Positions 10,343 to 20,824 of a stretch of DNA of 64,000 nucleotides are shown one piece after another. Below the pieces are notes generated by a model, which was not told the DNA's origin, ran no database searches, and saw nothing but the letters and a program-made list of their open reading frames with translations. The stretch covers positions 288,001-352,000 of the forward strand of contig JBMNIF010000003.1 in NCBI GenBank assembly GCA_050950765.1. Reading direction: 5' to 3'. Each line of letters starts with the position of its first letter. Position 1 is the first letter of the stretch. Position numbers and translations under genes: made by a program. The stretch is from Bdellovibrionota bacterium (lineage in GTDB: Bacteria > Bdellovibrionota_C > UBA2361 > JAAYZI01).

Positions 10343-10676
10343 TCTAAAGAACGACGGGGGTTAAAGCTTCGCTTTTTTACCCCCTCGCCTCGTATCCTTT
10401 AAACTTCGTCTCTCTTTAAAGAACGACGGGGGTAAAAAAAGCTACCGCTTTTTTACCCCCTCGCCTAAACATCTCTTTTAAAAAGCGACGGGGGTAAAAA
10501 AAGCTTCGCTTTTTTACCCCCTCGCTTCCTCTTCCAACAATCTCACATACCTCTAAAGAACGACGGGGGTAAAAAAAGCTTCGCTTTTTTACCCCCTCGC
10601 TTCCTCTTCCAACAATCTCACATACCTCTAAAGAACGACGGGGGTAAAAAAAGCTTCGCTTTTTTACCCCCTCGCT
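10343..10676. repeat. five tandem ~40-bp palindromic REP-like hairpins
   Basis: CGACGGGGGTAAAAAAAGC-TTC-GCTTTTTTACCCCCTCG, or variants, at 10352, 10424, 10486, 10561, 10636; the last three have a 75-bp period. Confidence 0.9.
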
Positions 10677-10690
10677 TCGTAAATAAGATA

Positions 10691-12400
10691 TTACTTATTT
10701 TCCATCTTCTCTCTAAGTAAATCGCCAAATGTAATCGGCGCGCTTTTATCTTCGATAAACTCGCTACCTGCATCGACCTCGTCTCTTTGGTCTCCGGACC
10801 TCAAGCTTAGGCTGATGCGTCTTTCATCTCGATCAACATTTGTTACATCAGGCTCAACCACATCACCAACATGGAAGACATCACTTACACTTTGGTCTTT
10901 CTCAAGTCCGAGTTGTGAAGTATGGATCAAACCTTCAACCCCCTCCTCTACTTCAACGAAAACGCCGAAGTCAGCGATAGAGGTGATTGTTCCCTTAACT
11001 TTAGAGCCAACAGGATAACGTTGTGAAATAGTATCCCACGGATCCGCTTCAAGTTGCTTAATGCCAAGGCTTAAACGCTCATTTTCAACATCGATATCGA
11101 GCACAATGGCATCAACCTCATCACCCTTCTTAAAGAGCTCCTGAATCTCTTTAGGATCTTTAATCTTCTTCGTCCAAGAGAAATCAGAAACATGAACAAG
11201 TCCATCAATTCCATCTTCAACCCCGATAAAGATACCGAAATCAACGATCGAACGAACTTTGCCGTGAACCTTAGAGCCCACAGGATGACGCTCATGTAAT
11301 GAATCCCACGGATTCGGTGTAAGTTGTTTAAGTCCAAGATTGATGCGCTGCTGTTCGGTATCAATACCAAGAACAACCGCTTCAAGCTCTGTACCTTCAC
11401 TATATACTTTGCTCGGATTACGAACTTTTTTGGTCCAGCTCATATCGGAAACATGCACGAGACCTTCAATCCCTTCTTCAAGCTCAACAAACACACCATA
11501 ATCAGTAGTGTTAACAACTTTACCTTGAACTTTATTACCGATCAGATACTTCTCATCAACAGACAACCAAGGATCTTCAGATAACTGCTTCATGCCAAGG
11601 CTGACACGCTCTTTTTCAGGATCATACTTAAGAACAACGACAGGAACGACCTGACCAACTGAAAGCTTTTCAGCAGGATGATTAACACGTCCCCAAGAGA
11701 TGTCCGTGATGTGCAACAAGCCGTCAATACCACCAAGATCAATAAACGCACCGTAATCCGTAATATTCTTAACGGTACCTTCCATGACCACGCCTTCACT
11801 TAAGACCTTCAAAGTCTCGCCACGCAACTGGTCACGCTCCGACATCAAAACGGCACGTCGTGATAATACGATATTGCCCTTCTCTTTCGTAATTTTCAGA
11901 ACCTTAAAATCAAACTCCTCACCAAGGAATTTATCAAGGTTACGATGCGGACGAATATCTATCTGAGAACCTGGTAAAAACGCAGGTATTCCGATATCAA
12001 CTTGCAAACCACCTTTAACTTTCTGCACGATACGACCGTGTAAGATCTCATCGTTTTTAAAGGCATTCTCAACAGCATCCCAAATCTTCTTCTGATATGC
12101 TTTTTCACGTGAAAGAACGATCTGATTTGATTCGTTCTCCAAAGTAACGATCATGACATCAACTTTATCACCGCACTTGACCGAAACCTTGCCATTAATA
12201 TCTGCAAATTCCGCAATTCTAATGACACCGCTTGATTTAAATCCGATATCAACAGAAACAGTCTCTTTATTAACCGCTACAACTGTACCTTCAACAATAT
12301 TGCCAACCTTAAGTTCATCAAGGTGACCACTGTTTAAATACTTCTCAAATTCACTAGCGAAAGACCCACTACAAGGCTCGCTTACATTATTTTCATTCAT
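10691..12400 (-). CDS. rpsA: 30S ribosomal protein S1
   Basis: six S1 repeats (e.g. GAFIDLGGIDGLLHITDISW); downstream of cmk. Confidence 0.97.
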   Translation of the reverse strand: MNENNVSEPCSGSFASEFEKYLNSGHLDELKVGNIVEGTVVAVNKETVSVDIGFKSSGVIRIAEFADINGKVSVKCGDKVDVMIVTLENESNQIVLSREKAYQKKIWDAVENAFKNDEILHGRIVQKVKGGLQVDIGIPAFLPGSQIDIRPHRNLDKFLGEEFDFKVLKITKEKGNIVLSRRAVLMSERDQLRGETLKVLSEGVVMEGTVKNITDYGAFIDLGGIDGLLHITDISWGRVNHPAEKLSVGQVVPVVVLKYDPEKERVSLGMKQLSEDPWLSVDEKYLIGNKVQGKVVNTTDYGVFVELEEGIEGLVHVSDMSWTKKVRNPSKVYSEGTELEAVVLGIDTEQQRINLGLKQLTPNPWDSLHERHPVGSKVHGKVRSIVDFGIFIGVEDGIDGLVHVSDFSWTKKIKDPKEIQELFKKGDEVDAIVLDIDVENERLSLGIKQLEADPWDTISQRYPVGSKVKGTITSIADFGVFVEVEEGVEGLIHTSQLGLEKDQSVSDVFHVGDVVEPDVTNVDRDERRISLSLRSGDQRDEVDAGSEFIEDKSAPITFGDLLREKMENK

Positions 12401-12402
12401 AT

Positions 12403-12441
12403 AAAAAAAAAGCTCCTTAAATTAATACTCAAAAGGAGCTT
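12403..12441 (-). promoter_or_regulatory. hairpin occluding the rpsA Shine-Dalgarno, followed by a U-tract
   Basis: minus strand AAGCTCCTT-N14-AAGGAGCTT, then a T-run and ATATG. Confidence 0.5.
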
Positions 12442-12447
12442 GCGGTT

Positions 12448-13137
12448 CTAAGCCGTCACCCCCCTTTTGGCGACGGCATCATACATATATTGTACGACAT
12501 CGGTCAACGTTTTTGCTGAATTATCTACTAAAATCGCACCTTCTGCCGCTACTGTTGGTGCCACCTTGCGAGTACTATCGCGCGCATCACGCTCTAAAAT
12601 TTCAATTTCAATATTACGTTTAATTTCATCAATAGATTCAGTGTGTTGATTATCTGAAAGCCCCAATTGCTGTAAGCGTCTGGCAACACGTACTGCACAA
12701 TCTGCTTGAATAAAGAACTTCAAATCGGCATCAGGAAAAATCACCGTTCCCATATCACGTCCCTCTGCTACAAGCCCTTTTCCTGCAAAAACATTGCGCT
12801 GCACATCAACTAACTTTTGGCGCACCTCCGGTAGAACCGATATAGTGGAGGTCGCTTCTGAAATTTTTGGCTGATGCAGAAAATCAGCAGTAATCTTTTT
12901 ATCATCAATAGTGACATCTCCATCCGTGCTTAAATCTATCTTATGTCGTTCCATCAACTGTACAATTCGTTCAGAATCATCAAACGCCACCCCATTTTCA
13001 AGCACAAGGTACCCGATAGCACGATACAACAACCCAGAACTGAAATGCATAAAGCCAAGTTTCTCAGCTAATAAACGTGATATCGCACTTTTCCCTGAAC
13101 CTGCCAAACCATCAACTGTAATAACTTTTCTTTTCAT
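12448..13137 (-). CDS. cmk: cytidylate kinase
   Basis: ITVDGLAGSGKS, EGRDMGTVIFPDA, ERDARD; ATG at 13137 preferred. Confidence 0.95.
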   Translation of the reverse strand: MKRKVITVDGLAGSGKSAISRLLAEKLGFMHFSSGLLYRAIGYLVLENGVAFDDSERIVQLMERHKIDLSTDGDVTIDDKKITADFLHQPKISEATSTISVLPEVRQKLVDVQRNVFAGKGLVAEGRDMGTVIFPDADLKFFIQADCAVRVARRLQQLGLSDNQHTESIDEIKRNIEIEILERDARDSTRKVAPTVAAEGAILVDNSAKTLTDVVQYMYDAVAKRGVTA

Positions 13138-13349
13138 GTTGAAGATAGTGACAGGATTTAATACTTCCCGCAAGAATATCTCCACTTCAAAAATATTATC
13201 TAACACCTGATAAATTAATATTTTTAATGTATTGACTCATACTGATTAATCCACACCAAATCTTTGCAATTATCAGAAGATAGTGCTATCTAGCTCCTAT
13301 CAATTGCCGTTCAGCCGTTTTCATAAAATAAAATATAGAGATAGTTATA

Positions 13350-14582
13350 ATGGACACTAAAAACTTAAAAAGAAAAACTCGCATTCCTTTGAGTCGTACC
13401 CTTTTAATCATCTCTTCTCTCTTTATACACTCCTATGCTGTTGCTCAAACCGCAAAACCTGAACAAGCAGTTCTTATTACTATGGACGATATGCGTCCTG
13501 ATGATATGCAATATATGAAGAACCTTGCCAAGTTTACAGAGCAGTACGGTGTTGATGTAGATAGAGCTTTTGTTTCGTGTCCCCTTTGTTGCCCCAGTAG
13601 AGCAACTATGATGACTGGACTATACGCTTCTAATCACGGAGTTATTGGGAACTCCATTCCACTTAATAAACAAACGATCTTTCAAACTTTCAAGCAAGAA
13701 AAGCCTGAAATAAAAACAGGAATCATCGGCAAATATTTAAATTCTCACGATGGTGAATATAAACCTGAGTTTGACAAATGGAGCGTCTACCCCCGTGGAA
13801 TGATCTACAACTGGTTTAATTTCCCCCTTAACCAAAATGGAGAATGGTCCTACGTTAAAGAATATGTTTCTGATTATTTCCTTGCTCAAGCAAATGAATT
13901 TGTAGATACCTACATTGATGATCCGTATTTACTCTATTTAAATTTTACAGCTCCGCACTTTCCAGCGCAATCACCGAAATCTTTTAAATTCAGTTGCGCC
14001 AACGTTAAACTCCCCCCAACGTTCAACAAGATTGATAAGAAAGCTCCTCTAAAATACAAACGCTTAACAGAGCTAGATCGTCGTCATATGCAGAAATACG
14101 CTTGCAGACGTGCCCGATCGATGGCTTACATAGACAGTATTATTGTGCCATTTATCGAAAAATTAATGAATAGAGGTGTGAAGGTTATCTTCGTATCGGA
14201 CAACGGATTGATGATCGGTGACTATCGCCAAAAAGAGAAGAGCTTGCCTTATGAATCTGTTATTCGCACACCTTTTTTAGCTTTTAATATTGATATAGAT
14301 CCGAAACGCTTAACTAGCCTAACAGACTTAGCAGTTAATTTTTATCAAGACTATGAGGTTACACCACCATACGACTTGGATGGACTGCCGTACAACTTAG
14401 ATCGCGAATCTTTATTAGTAGAGAGCTTTGCAAATCACAACAATCGCAAGATTCCGTTTACTGCCATAGTAACAAGAACAGATATTAATGTGTTTTACCA
14501 GAATCCACGAAACACAAAGGTGCTGCTAAAGCTAAAACGAAATAAAAATAAAGGCTCTAAAAATAAAGGTTCTAAGAAATAA
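13350..14582 (+). CDS. sulfatase family protein, probably exported
   Basis: ITMDD, CxPxR motif CCPSRATMMTG, GKYLN, APH, SDNG. Confidence 0.85.
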   Translation: MDTKNLKRKTRIPLSRTLLIISSLFIHSYAVAQTAKPEQAVLITMDDMRPDDMQYMKNLAKFTEQYGVDVDRAFVSCPLCCPSRATMMTGLYASNHGVIGNSIPLNKQTIFQTFKQEKPEIKTGIIGKYLNSHDGEYKPEFDKWSVYPRGMIYNWFNFPLNQNGEWSYVKEYVSDYFLAQANEFVDTYIDDPYLLYLNFTAPHFPAQSPKSFKFSCANVKLPPTFNKIDKKAPLKYKRLTELDRRHMQKYACRRARSMAYIDSIIVPFIEKLMNRGVKVIFVSDNGLMIGDYRQKEKSLPYESVIRTPFLAFNIDIDPKRLTSLTDLAVNFYQDYEVTPPYDLDGLPYNLDRESLLVESFANHNNRKIPFTAIVTRTDINVFYQNPRNTKVLLKLKRNKNKGSKNKGSKK

Positions 14583-14796
14583 TTTTTTTAAGAACTTAAA
14601 GAATATCGAACTCTAAAAACAATTTAGCACGCCGCTTTACCTGCTACTTGTTAAGGCGTAGGATCTCTGCTAATTTTCCTCGCCCCTTATATAGGAAGAT
14701 CTCTTGCTTGGTGCATCTTCAATTAAGCAGGCTTATTTTATCGAGAGATTTTTTAGTAACGACTATAACGGATAAAAACGGTTGTAATTAAATAAG

Positions 14797-15480
14797 ATGA
14801 GCGATCTAATCCCCCTTTGTATTTCAGCATTTATAGTTGGTATTTTTCATGCCTTAGAACCAGGTCACTGTAAAGCTGCTATGGTAGGAGCGCTGCTAAC
14901 CAGTAAGCACCCCTATCTAGATCCGATTCGTTTAGGACTAGCTTCAGCGTTCGGTCATATGCTGGGGATAGTTTGTTTTGCCTACCTCTCATTCATATTT
15001 GCCCATGAAATTTTAGAAGAGGGCGTCTTACCGAAAGTGGAAAATATTATAGGGATCGTTATCATCAGCATAGGGCTCTATATGTTTTATCTGATTACTA
15101 AGAAACGCCACGATTCCAAGTGTTCATGTTGCTGCCAACACCACCATCATGAACATAGTAATGATTATTTTTTACCGGGAGTTGGTTTTTTAATCGGGCT
15201 AGTACCCTGCCCTACTGTCTTAGCTCTTTCACTTTCAGCGGTAAATGTAAAAACGCATCTCGGAGTTGCTGCTTTATCGGCATCTTTCGGAATAGGCGTG
15301 GCGATCTCTTTAATTGTACTCGGTGTTATCGTAGTTCAATCTAGTAAGGCACTGGCAGAGCTTCCAATTTTTCAACGAGTTTCTAAGTTTAGTGCCTATA
15401 TTCCACCAATAATCTTTATCCTAATCGGTATCGTTATGCTTTCTCACTTTACGTCTGAACATATCCACCACGTGCATTAA
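14797..15480 (+). CDS. RcnA/NiCoT-like nickel/cobalt transporter
   Basis: HALEPGH, His/Cys-rich loop, GLVPCP, multiple TM helices. Confidence 0.8.
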   Translation: MSDLIPLCISAFIVGIFHALEPGHCKAAMVGALLTSKHPYLDPIRLGLASAFGHMLGIVCFAYLSFIFAHEILEEGVLPKVENIIGIVIISIGLYMFYLITKKRHDSKCSCCCQHHHHEHSNDYFLPGVGFLIGLVPCPTVLALSLSAVNVKTHLGVAALSASFGIGVAISLIVLGVIVVQSSKALAELPIFQRVSKFSAYIPPIIFILIGIVMLSHFTSEHIHHVH

Positions 15481-15509
15481 ATTTTTATGGACATTTAAAA
15501 AGGTATTTT

Positions 15510-16091
15510 TTAGTTTCCCCCCAATCCGGTGAACCCCATAAATGACATTGAAAGGATACTTGCCACTAGCAGAGTTAACCCTGCGCCCTTTAATAATGAA
15601 GGGACATCCGCCAATTCAAGATCTTCTCTAAGCCCTGCCATAATTACAAGAGCTAATGTAAATCCAACACCACCGCCCAATGCAAATACTAAACACTCAA
15701 TAAAAGAATATCCTTTACTAGTCTGCAAGAGCGCAACCGCCAACACTGCACAGTTAGTTGTGATTAGTGGTAAGAATATCCCTAAGGCACGGAACAGAGC
15801 AGGGCTATATCTCCTTATAACCATCTCAAGGAGTTGCACAACTGAAGCGATAACAATAATAAGGGTTATTATCCCCAGATAGTTAGCGTCAAAATAAGAT
15901 AAAATCTTATGAATTCCGAAGGCACAAACTGAACTGACCAGCATCACAAAGGTAACGGCTACACCCATTCGAAAAGCCGTATCCAATTTTCCAGAGACCC
16001 CTAAAAACGGACAACATCCCAGAAAAGACACCAAGACAAAATTATTAATCAAACACGCACTGATAAAGATAAAAATTAATGAGTTATCCAT
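15510..16091 (-). CDS. rnfA: Rnf complex subunit A
   Basis: NNFVL..FLGCCPFLGVS, LPLITTNCAVL. Confidence 0.93.
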   Translation of the reverse strand: MDNSLIFIFISACLINNFVLVSFLGCCPFLGVSGKLDTAFRMGVAVTFVMLVSSVCAFGIHKILSYFDANYLGIITLIIVIASVVQLLEMVIRRYSPALFRALGIFLPLITTNCAVLAVALLQTSKGYSFIECLVFALGGGVGFTLALVIMAGLREDLELADVPSLLKGAGLTLLVASILSMSFMGFTGLGGN

Positions 16092-16703
16092 TTACGCCTC
16101 TTTGCTTTTTAGATTTTTTGTAATCCAAGCAACACATATTAGAAGACACCCCAATACGATGAAGCCACCTGCCGGTAAGATAAAAATTCCTATCGGTTGA
16201 AAAGATTCCCCAAAGAGCTTAATACCAGCAAAACTTCCGGCACCGAGAACCTCTCTGATACTACTCATCAAGAATAGACTAAAGGTAAAGCCGAGCCCCA
16301 TCCCCAAACCATCCAAGATAGAAAGCCACACACTATTTTTTGAAGCAAAAGCTTCTGCACGTCCCAGAATAATACAATTTACCGTTATCAGAGCGATAAA
16401 CGGCCCTAACGCTTGATGCACCTCCAAAGTGGTTGCTTGCAAGATATAGTCAACGATCGTGACAAACGTTGCTATAATTAAGATGTAACAAGCTATCCTC
16501 ACCTCTTTAGGGATAAAAGACTTAAGCAACGACACTAAGATATTTGAACAGACTAGAACAAAAGTTGTTGAAAGCCCCATACAGATACCGTTTATAACGG
16601 ATGTCGTTACAGCCAACGTTGGGCAGATCCCTAGCATCTGCCGTAAGACGGGATTTTCATTCCACAAGCCTCGTATAAAAACACCTTTACTACTTTGTGA
16701 CAT
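16092..16703 (-). CDS. rnfE: Rnf complex subunit E
   Basis: ENPVLRQMLGICPTLAVT, LITVNCIILGRAEAFA. Confidence 0.93.
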   Translation of the reverse strand: MSQSSKGVFIRGLWNENPVLRQMLGICPTLAVTTSVINGICMGLSTTFVLVCSNILVSLLKSFIPKEVRIACYILIIATFVTIVDYILQATTLEVHQALGPFIALITVNCIILGRAEAFASKNSVWLSILDGLGMGLGFTFSLFLMSSIREVLGAGSFAGIKLFGESFQPIGIFILPAGGFIVLGCLLICVAWITKNLKSKEA

Positions 16704-17391
16704 TAGAGCCCTCCCCTCTTTTTAAGATATCTAAATTCTTTTTGATTAACGGAAGTGCCTGATCAGCACTGTTACTTAAGATAGTACCAACAGCACGAGA
16801 AGAGATCGTTGCTCCTGCAATAGCAGAGACCTGCCACGCTTCTTTTTTACTCCCCTTAACAACCTCTATTTTATGCAACAGTCCATTATCATCACTAGCA
16901 AGTGGCATATCTTTAAAGTTTGCAAGGAACTCTGGATCGTACGCTATCTTATCCCCCAATCCAGGAGTCTCTTTACTCTCAATAACATTAATCCCAAGTA
17001 AACTTTCATCATTATGATTATACCCAAAAAGGATCTTCACCTTACCGCCATACCCCTCACCGACCCCTCTAAAAGCTACTCCTTGCAACTCTCCCGCTTC
17101 GTTGTAAGCAGCGTAATACTTTCTAGTATTAGATTTAGCATCAGCTATTTGTAGGGTACCGTTTGCCCCCTCTTCAAAGACAAGCATCTTATCAGCAGTC
17201 GGGATAACCTCAAGCACAGCACGACGTAAACCTTCTTCCTGATTTTTTCTGATCGGCTCTTTTGAAACCTGCACAGCTACTGCGATTAATAAACCGCAGA
17301 TAGTAGCAAGTCCCGTCAGAGCAGAGACGATCTTTAATGTCGAATTCGGTAAATTTTTAGGCGTAATCTGCACTAAATCACTATCTGTCAT
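16690..17391 (-). CDS. rnfG: Rnf complex subunit G
   Basis: N-terminal TM, GYGG, ETPGLG, AIAGATISS FMN site. Confidence 0.92.
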   Translation of the reverse strand: MTDSDLVQITPKNLPNSTLKIVSALTGLATICGLLIAVAVQVSKEPIRKNQEEGLRRAVLEVIPTADKMLVFEEGANGTLQIADAKSNTRKYYAAYNEAGELQGVAFRGVGEGYGGKVKILFGYNHNDESLLGINVIESKETPGLGDKIAYDPEFLANFKDMPLASDDNGLLHKIEVVKGSKKEAWQVSAIAGATISSRAVGTILSNSADQALPLIKKNLDILKRGEGSNVTK

Positions 17392-17455
17392 AACACATCC
17401 TCGCTATCTGACACTGCAAAATATCAGCAATACAACCTTGCATCTTTCTACAAAA

Positions 17456-18559
17456 TTACTCTTTCTTAACACCATCACGATCCGTTGACTTTACGGCACC
17501 AAAGATCTTCGGCTGTGTCACTCTATTTAAAAGTGGAGTAACTGCATTTCCAATTAATATTGCATACATTACCCCTTCCGGCAGAGCACCGAAGGAACGG
17601 ATCACTACCACTAAAACACCGATTAACACGGCATAGATCCAAGTCCCAAGAGTAGTAACAGGGCTAGTCACCATATCAGTCGCCATAAAGACACCACCAA
17701 AAACTAAACCTCCCGAAAACAACATAAAGAATGGAGGAGGACACTTCTCCGTAACAAACCCCAAACAGAAGCTAAGCAATAGTGCGGTGCCGAAAATTCC
17801 TACTGGAATTCGCCAGTCCACAATCCTTTTAATTATTAAAAACAATCCGCAAAGTAAGATCACAAGCGCCGAAGTCTCTCCAACGGCTCCCGAAACTTGC
17901 CCCAAAAAGAGATCAAGCGTCTCCGCCACCTGCCCTCCACTAAATTTAAAAGCAGCAAGGGGCGTTGCTCCGGCAACAGCATCAACCGTTCCCTTCAAAG
18001 CAGAAGTAGCGCCAGCTACGGCATCTGTTTTCTGATAAAAGTTCGGTACGATATTAGTAAAAGGGATAGTTAATGAAGATGAGATAAAATGAAAAAAACG
18101 GTCTTTAGCTAACGGTTCCGACCACGTTGTAATAGCGACAGGGAAAGCAGCTTGCAAAAAAGCCCTCCCCACCAGAGCAGGATTAAAGGGATTAAAGCCG
18201 AGTCCACCAAAGATTAATTTACCTAACAAGATCGCTACAACACCGCCAAGAGAAGCGATCCAGAGCGGAAATCCAGGGGGTAACGTTAAAGCCAACATTA
18301 TTCCTGTAATAACAGCAGAGCAATCATTAATAGTTGAAGGTTTTTTGGTGCATTTGCAAAAAAGATATTCTGTAAAAACGCAACTCAACGTTGTAACAAC
18401 AACCAACGCTAAAGCGCTTAATCCGAAATAATAGATAGAGGCTGCCACAACCGGTAATAACGACCACACCACTGTGCGCATCACACCTTTGATACTAACA
18501 CCACGCCAAATGTGTGGAGAACTTCTGAGCGCCACCCCTCCCAAATAATTTTCCTTCAC
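17456..18559 (-). CDS. rnfD: Rnf complex subunit D
   Basis: SSPHI, FGGLGFNPFNPALVGRAF, GATPL, GETS, FMATD. Confidence 0.93.
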   Translation of the reverse strand: MKENYLGGVALRSSPHIWRGVSIKGVMRTVVWSLLPVVAASIYYFGLSALALVVVTTLSCVFTEYLFCKCTKKPSTINDCSAVITGIMLALTLPPGFPLWIASLGGVVAILLGKLIFGGLGFNPFNPALVGRAFLQAAFPVAITTWSEPLAKDRFFHFISSSLTIPFTNIVPNFYQKTDAVAGATSALKGTVDAVAGATPLAAFKFSGGQVAETLDLFLGQVSGAVGETSALVILLCGLFLIIKRIVDWRIPVGIFGTALLLSFCLGFVTEKCPPPFFMLFSGGLVFGGVFMATDMVTSPVTTLGTWIYAVLIGVLVVVIRSFGALPEGVMYAILIGNAVTPLLNRVTQPKIFGAVKSTDRDGVKKE

Positions 18560-19893
18560 TATCTCCTCCTTTCACGTAATACCTGTTTTGCAATTCTAAA
18601 CTGCTGAACAAGTGGAATCTGAGCAGTACAGGTAAACGAACAGCAACCACATTCAAAACAATCGTTAAGATGGTACTTATCCGCCATCTCTTCGTACCTA
18701 TTTTTTCTACCAAGTCGTCCGAGTTGCGATGGATTTAATTTCATCGGACACGCCCTTAAACAATCACCACACCTGATACATGGATGAATTTCATTGTAAA
18801 CAATCTTTCCGCCAAGTTTAGGTCTCGTTAAAACAACGATCCCCGAAGTGCCTTTAGTAGTCGGCGTTCCTAAGTATGAAACAGTTTTCCCCATCATAGG
18901 ACCGCCAAAAATTACTTCGTAGGTATCAGCTGTTAGACCAACGTGTTCCAAGATAAAACTTAGCGGTGTTCCAACTGGAATAATATAATTTCCAGGACTT
19001 TCAACGCCTCCACCAGTTACAGTTACCACCCTTTCAAAAAGACCTCTTTTAGCAGGCACCAGACTGGCTATCTCAGCTAACGTTGTAACGTTTGCACAAA
19101 CCACTCCGACATCAGCAGGAAGTCCACCTGACGGCACTTCACGTCCTAAAAGGGCTTTAATCAACATCTTTTCTGCCCCTTGCGGATATTTCGTCTTACA
19201 AACTTCAACACTAATTCCGTCTACTCCAGCCACTGCTTTTCTCAACGCTGCTATGGCTTCAGGCTTATTATCTTCAATCCCGATAATAGCGCGAGCAACC
19301 CCCAACGCCTTCATTGAATAGCGCACACCAAGAATCACATCCTCAGGACGCTCCAACATAATTCGATAATCCGAAGTTAAGTACGGCTCACACTCGCAAC
19401 CGTTAGCGATAAAGGTATCGACCTTTTTCCCTTCAGGAATGGTGTATTTCACATGCGTTGGGAAAGCTGCACCACCCAAACCAACAAGACCCGCCTCTCT
19501 TATCCGTTTTATAATCTCATCTACTGAAAGATCATCGAGGGCATCGAGTTTAAAATCATCAAATTTTTTTGCAGGCTCTGCGCTCGGCTCAATAAAAATA
19601 GCGGGTGCTAACTTGCCATCCTGATCTAAAGCGTTAGCAAGCGCCTTAACAACACCATTAACAGGAGAAAAAATAGGCGCAGAAACAATCCCATCCGCTT
19701 CCGCTACCATCATCCCTTGCGTAACTTCATCACCGACATTAACAACTGCCTTTGCAGGTTTGCCGATATGTTGTGATAAAAATAAGATAATACGTGGCGG
19801 ATAAGGGAGCCTCTCTATCGCCTTATCAGCCGTTATCTCTTTTTTATCTTCCGGATGAATCCCGTGTGAAAATGTCTTTGTAGTCATAAGCAC
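18559..19893 (-). CDS. rnfC: Rnf complex subunit C (short form)
   Basis: GLGGAAFPTHVK, NGCECEPYLT, GGPMMG, two 4Fe-4S Cys motifs. Confidence 0.95.
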   Translation of the reverse strand: MLMTTKTFSHGIHPEDKKEITADKAIERLPYPPRIILFLSQHIGKPAKAVVNVGDEVTQGMMVAEADGIVSAPIFSPVNGVVKALANALDQDGKLAPAIFIEPSAEPAKKFDDFKLDALDDLSVDEIIKRIREAGLVGLGGAAFPTHVKYTIPEGKKVDTFIANGCECEPYLTSDYRIMLERPEDVILGVRYSMKALGVARAIIGIEDNKPEAIAALRKAVAGVDGISVEVCKTKYPQGAEKMLIKALLGREVPSGGLPADVGVVCANVTTLAEIASLVPAKRGLFERVVTVTGGGVESPGNYIIPVGTPLSFILEHVGLTADTYEVIFGGPMMGKTVSYLGTPTTKGTSGIVVLTRPKLGGKIVYNEIHPCIRCGDCLRACPMKLNPSQLGRLGRKNRYEEMADKYHLNDCFECGCCSFTCTAQIPLVQQFRIAKQVLRERRR

Positions 19894-19933
19894 AATCTTC
19901 TTTTTCTAAAAGAATAATATTTAGATAGTGGAG

Positions 19934-20824
19934 CTACGCTTTCTCACCACCTAACGGAAGTGGTGTTTCACGCTCTATCTTCTTCGCCTTAGCGCCTTTT
20001 TTAAACTCGCCATCTTCCGTATACCAACCGATAGCACCTGTCGGACACCTTTGAATCGCCTCTTCAGATGCCTCTGCCCTCATAGCCACATTCACCACAG
20101 CTAAATTATCTTCAATAGAGATCAAACCTGCCGGTGCATCTTTAACACAGATTCCACACCCTAAACAGGCAACAGCGCACTCCTTCATAGCGTCTGGACC
20201 TTTCGCCTTGTTATTGCACGCAACCCACAATTTATTACTAATAGGTTGTAATGAGATTAATTGTTTAGGACACGCTCTCACACAGGCACCACACCCGACG
20301 CATAACGCTTCATTAACAACAGGCAGGGCGTGGTCATTAATATTGATAGCATCAAATGGACAAGCTTCCACACAATCACCGAAACCGAGACACCCCCACG
20401 GACATCCTTTAGAAGCACCTGCTATTTTAGCAGCTCTGCAACCGTGCAACCCTTCATATTCGGCGTATCTAACAGCTACATTATTTCCACCAGCACAAGC
20501 AACTCGAGCTACCTGTCGTTCAGTTTCTTCAATTTCAATACCAACAATTTTTCCTATCTCAACTAATGCAGCACCTTTTGTAGCAGGACACAGTGTAGGT
20601 TTTTTATCCCCTCTTACAATAGCATCCGCCAAAGCGTGGCAACCGGCTTCGCCGCAACCTCCGCAATTTGCACCAGGTAGGAGAGCCTCAATTTCACCAA
20701 CTCTATGATCTTCTGCTACGAAAAACTTTTTACTCGCGTACGCCAATCCTATGGCGAGAAAAGCTCCTAGAATTAACATCAGCCCCCCCGAGAGGAGCAC
20801 GACATTCCAGTCCATAAAAAGCAC
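19934..20824 (-). CDS. rnfB: Rnf complex subunit B
   Basis: N-terminal TM, LPGANCGGCG, ferredoxin Cys motifs; operon order BCDGEA. Confidence 0.93.
   Translation of the reverse strand: MLFMDWNVVLLSGGLMLILGAFLAIGLAYASKKFFVAEDHRVGEIEALLPGANCGGCGEAGCHALADAIVRGDKKPTLCPATKGAALVEIGKIVGIEIEETERQVARVACAGGNNVAVRYAEYEGLHGCRAAKIAGASKGCPWGCLGFGDCVEACPFDAININDHALPVVNEALCVGCGACVRACPKQLISLQPISNKLWVACNNKAKGPDAMKECAVACLGCGICVKDAPAGLISIEDNLAVVNVAMRAEASEEAIQRCPTGAIGWYTEDGEFKKGAKAKKIERETPLPLGGEKA

Noticed and set aside
9451..10676. CRISPR array
   Set aside because: Cores are too short or irregularly spaced, intervening sequences are reused rather than unique, and no cas genes are in the window
12555..12565. 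TTGGTGCCACC inside cmk, matching the array core
   Set aside because: Single coding-region match (KVAPT); could be chance
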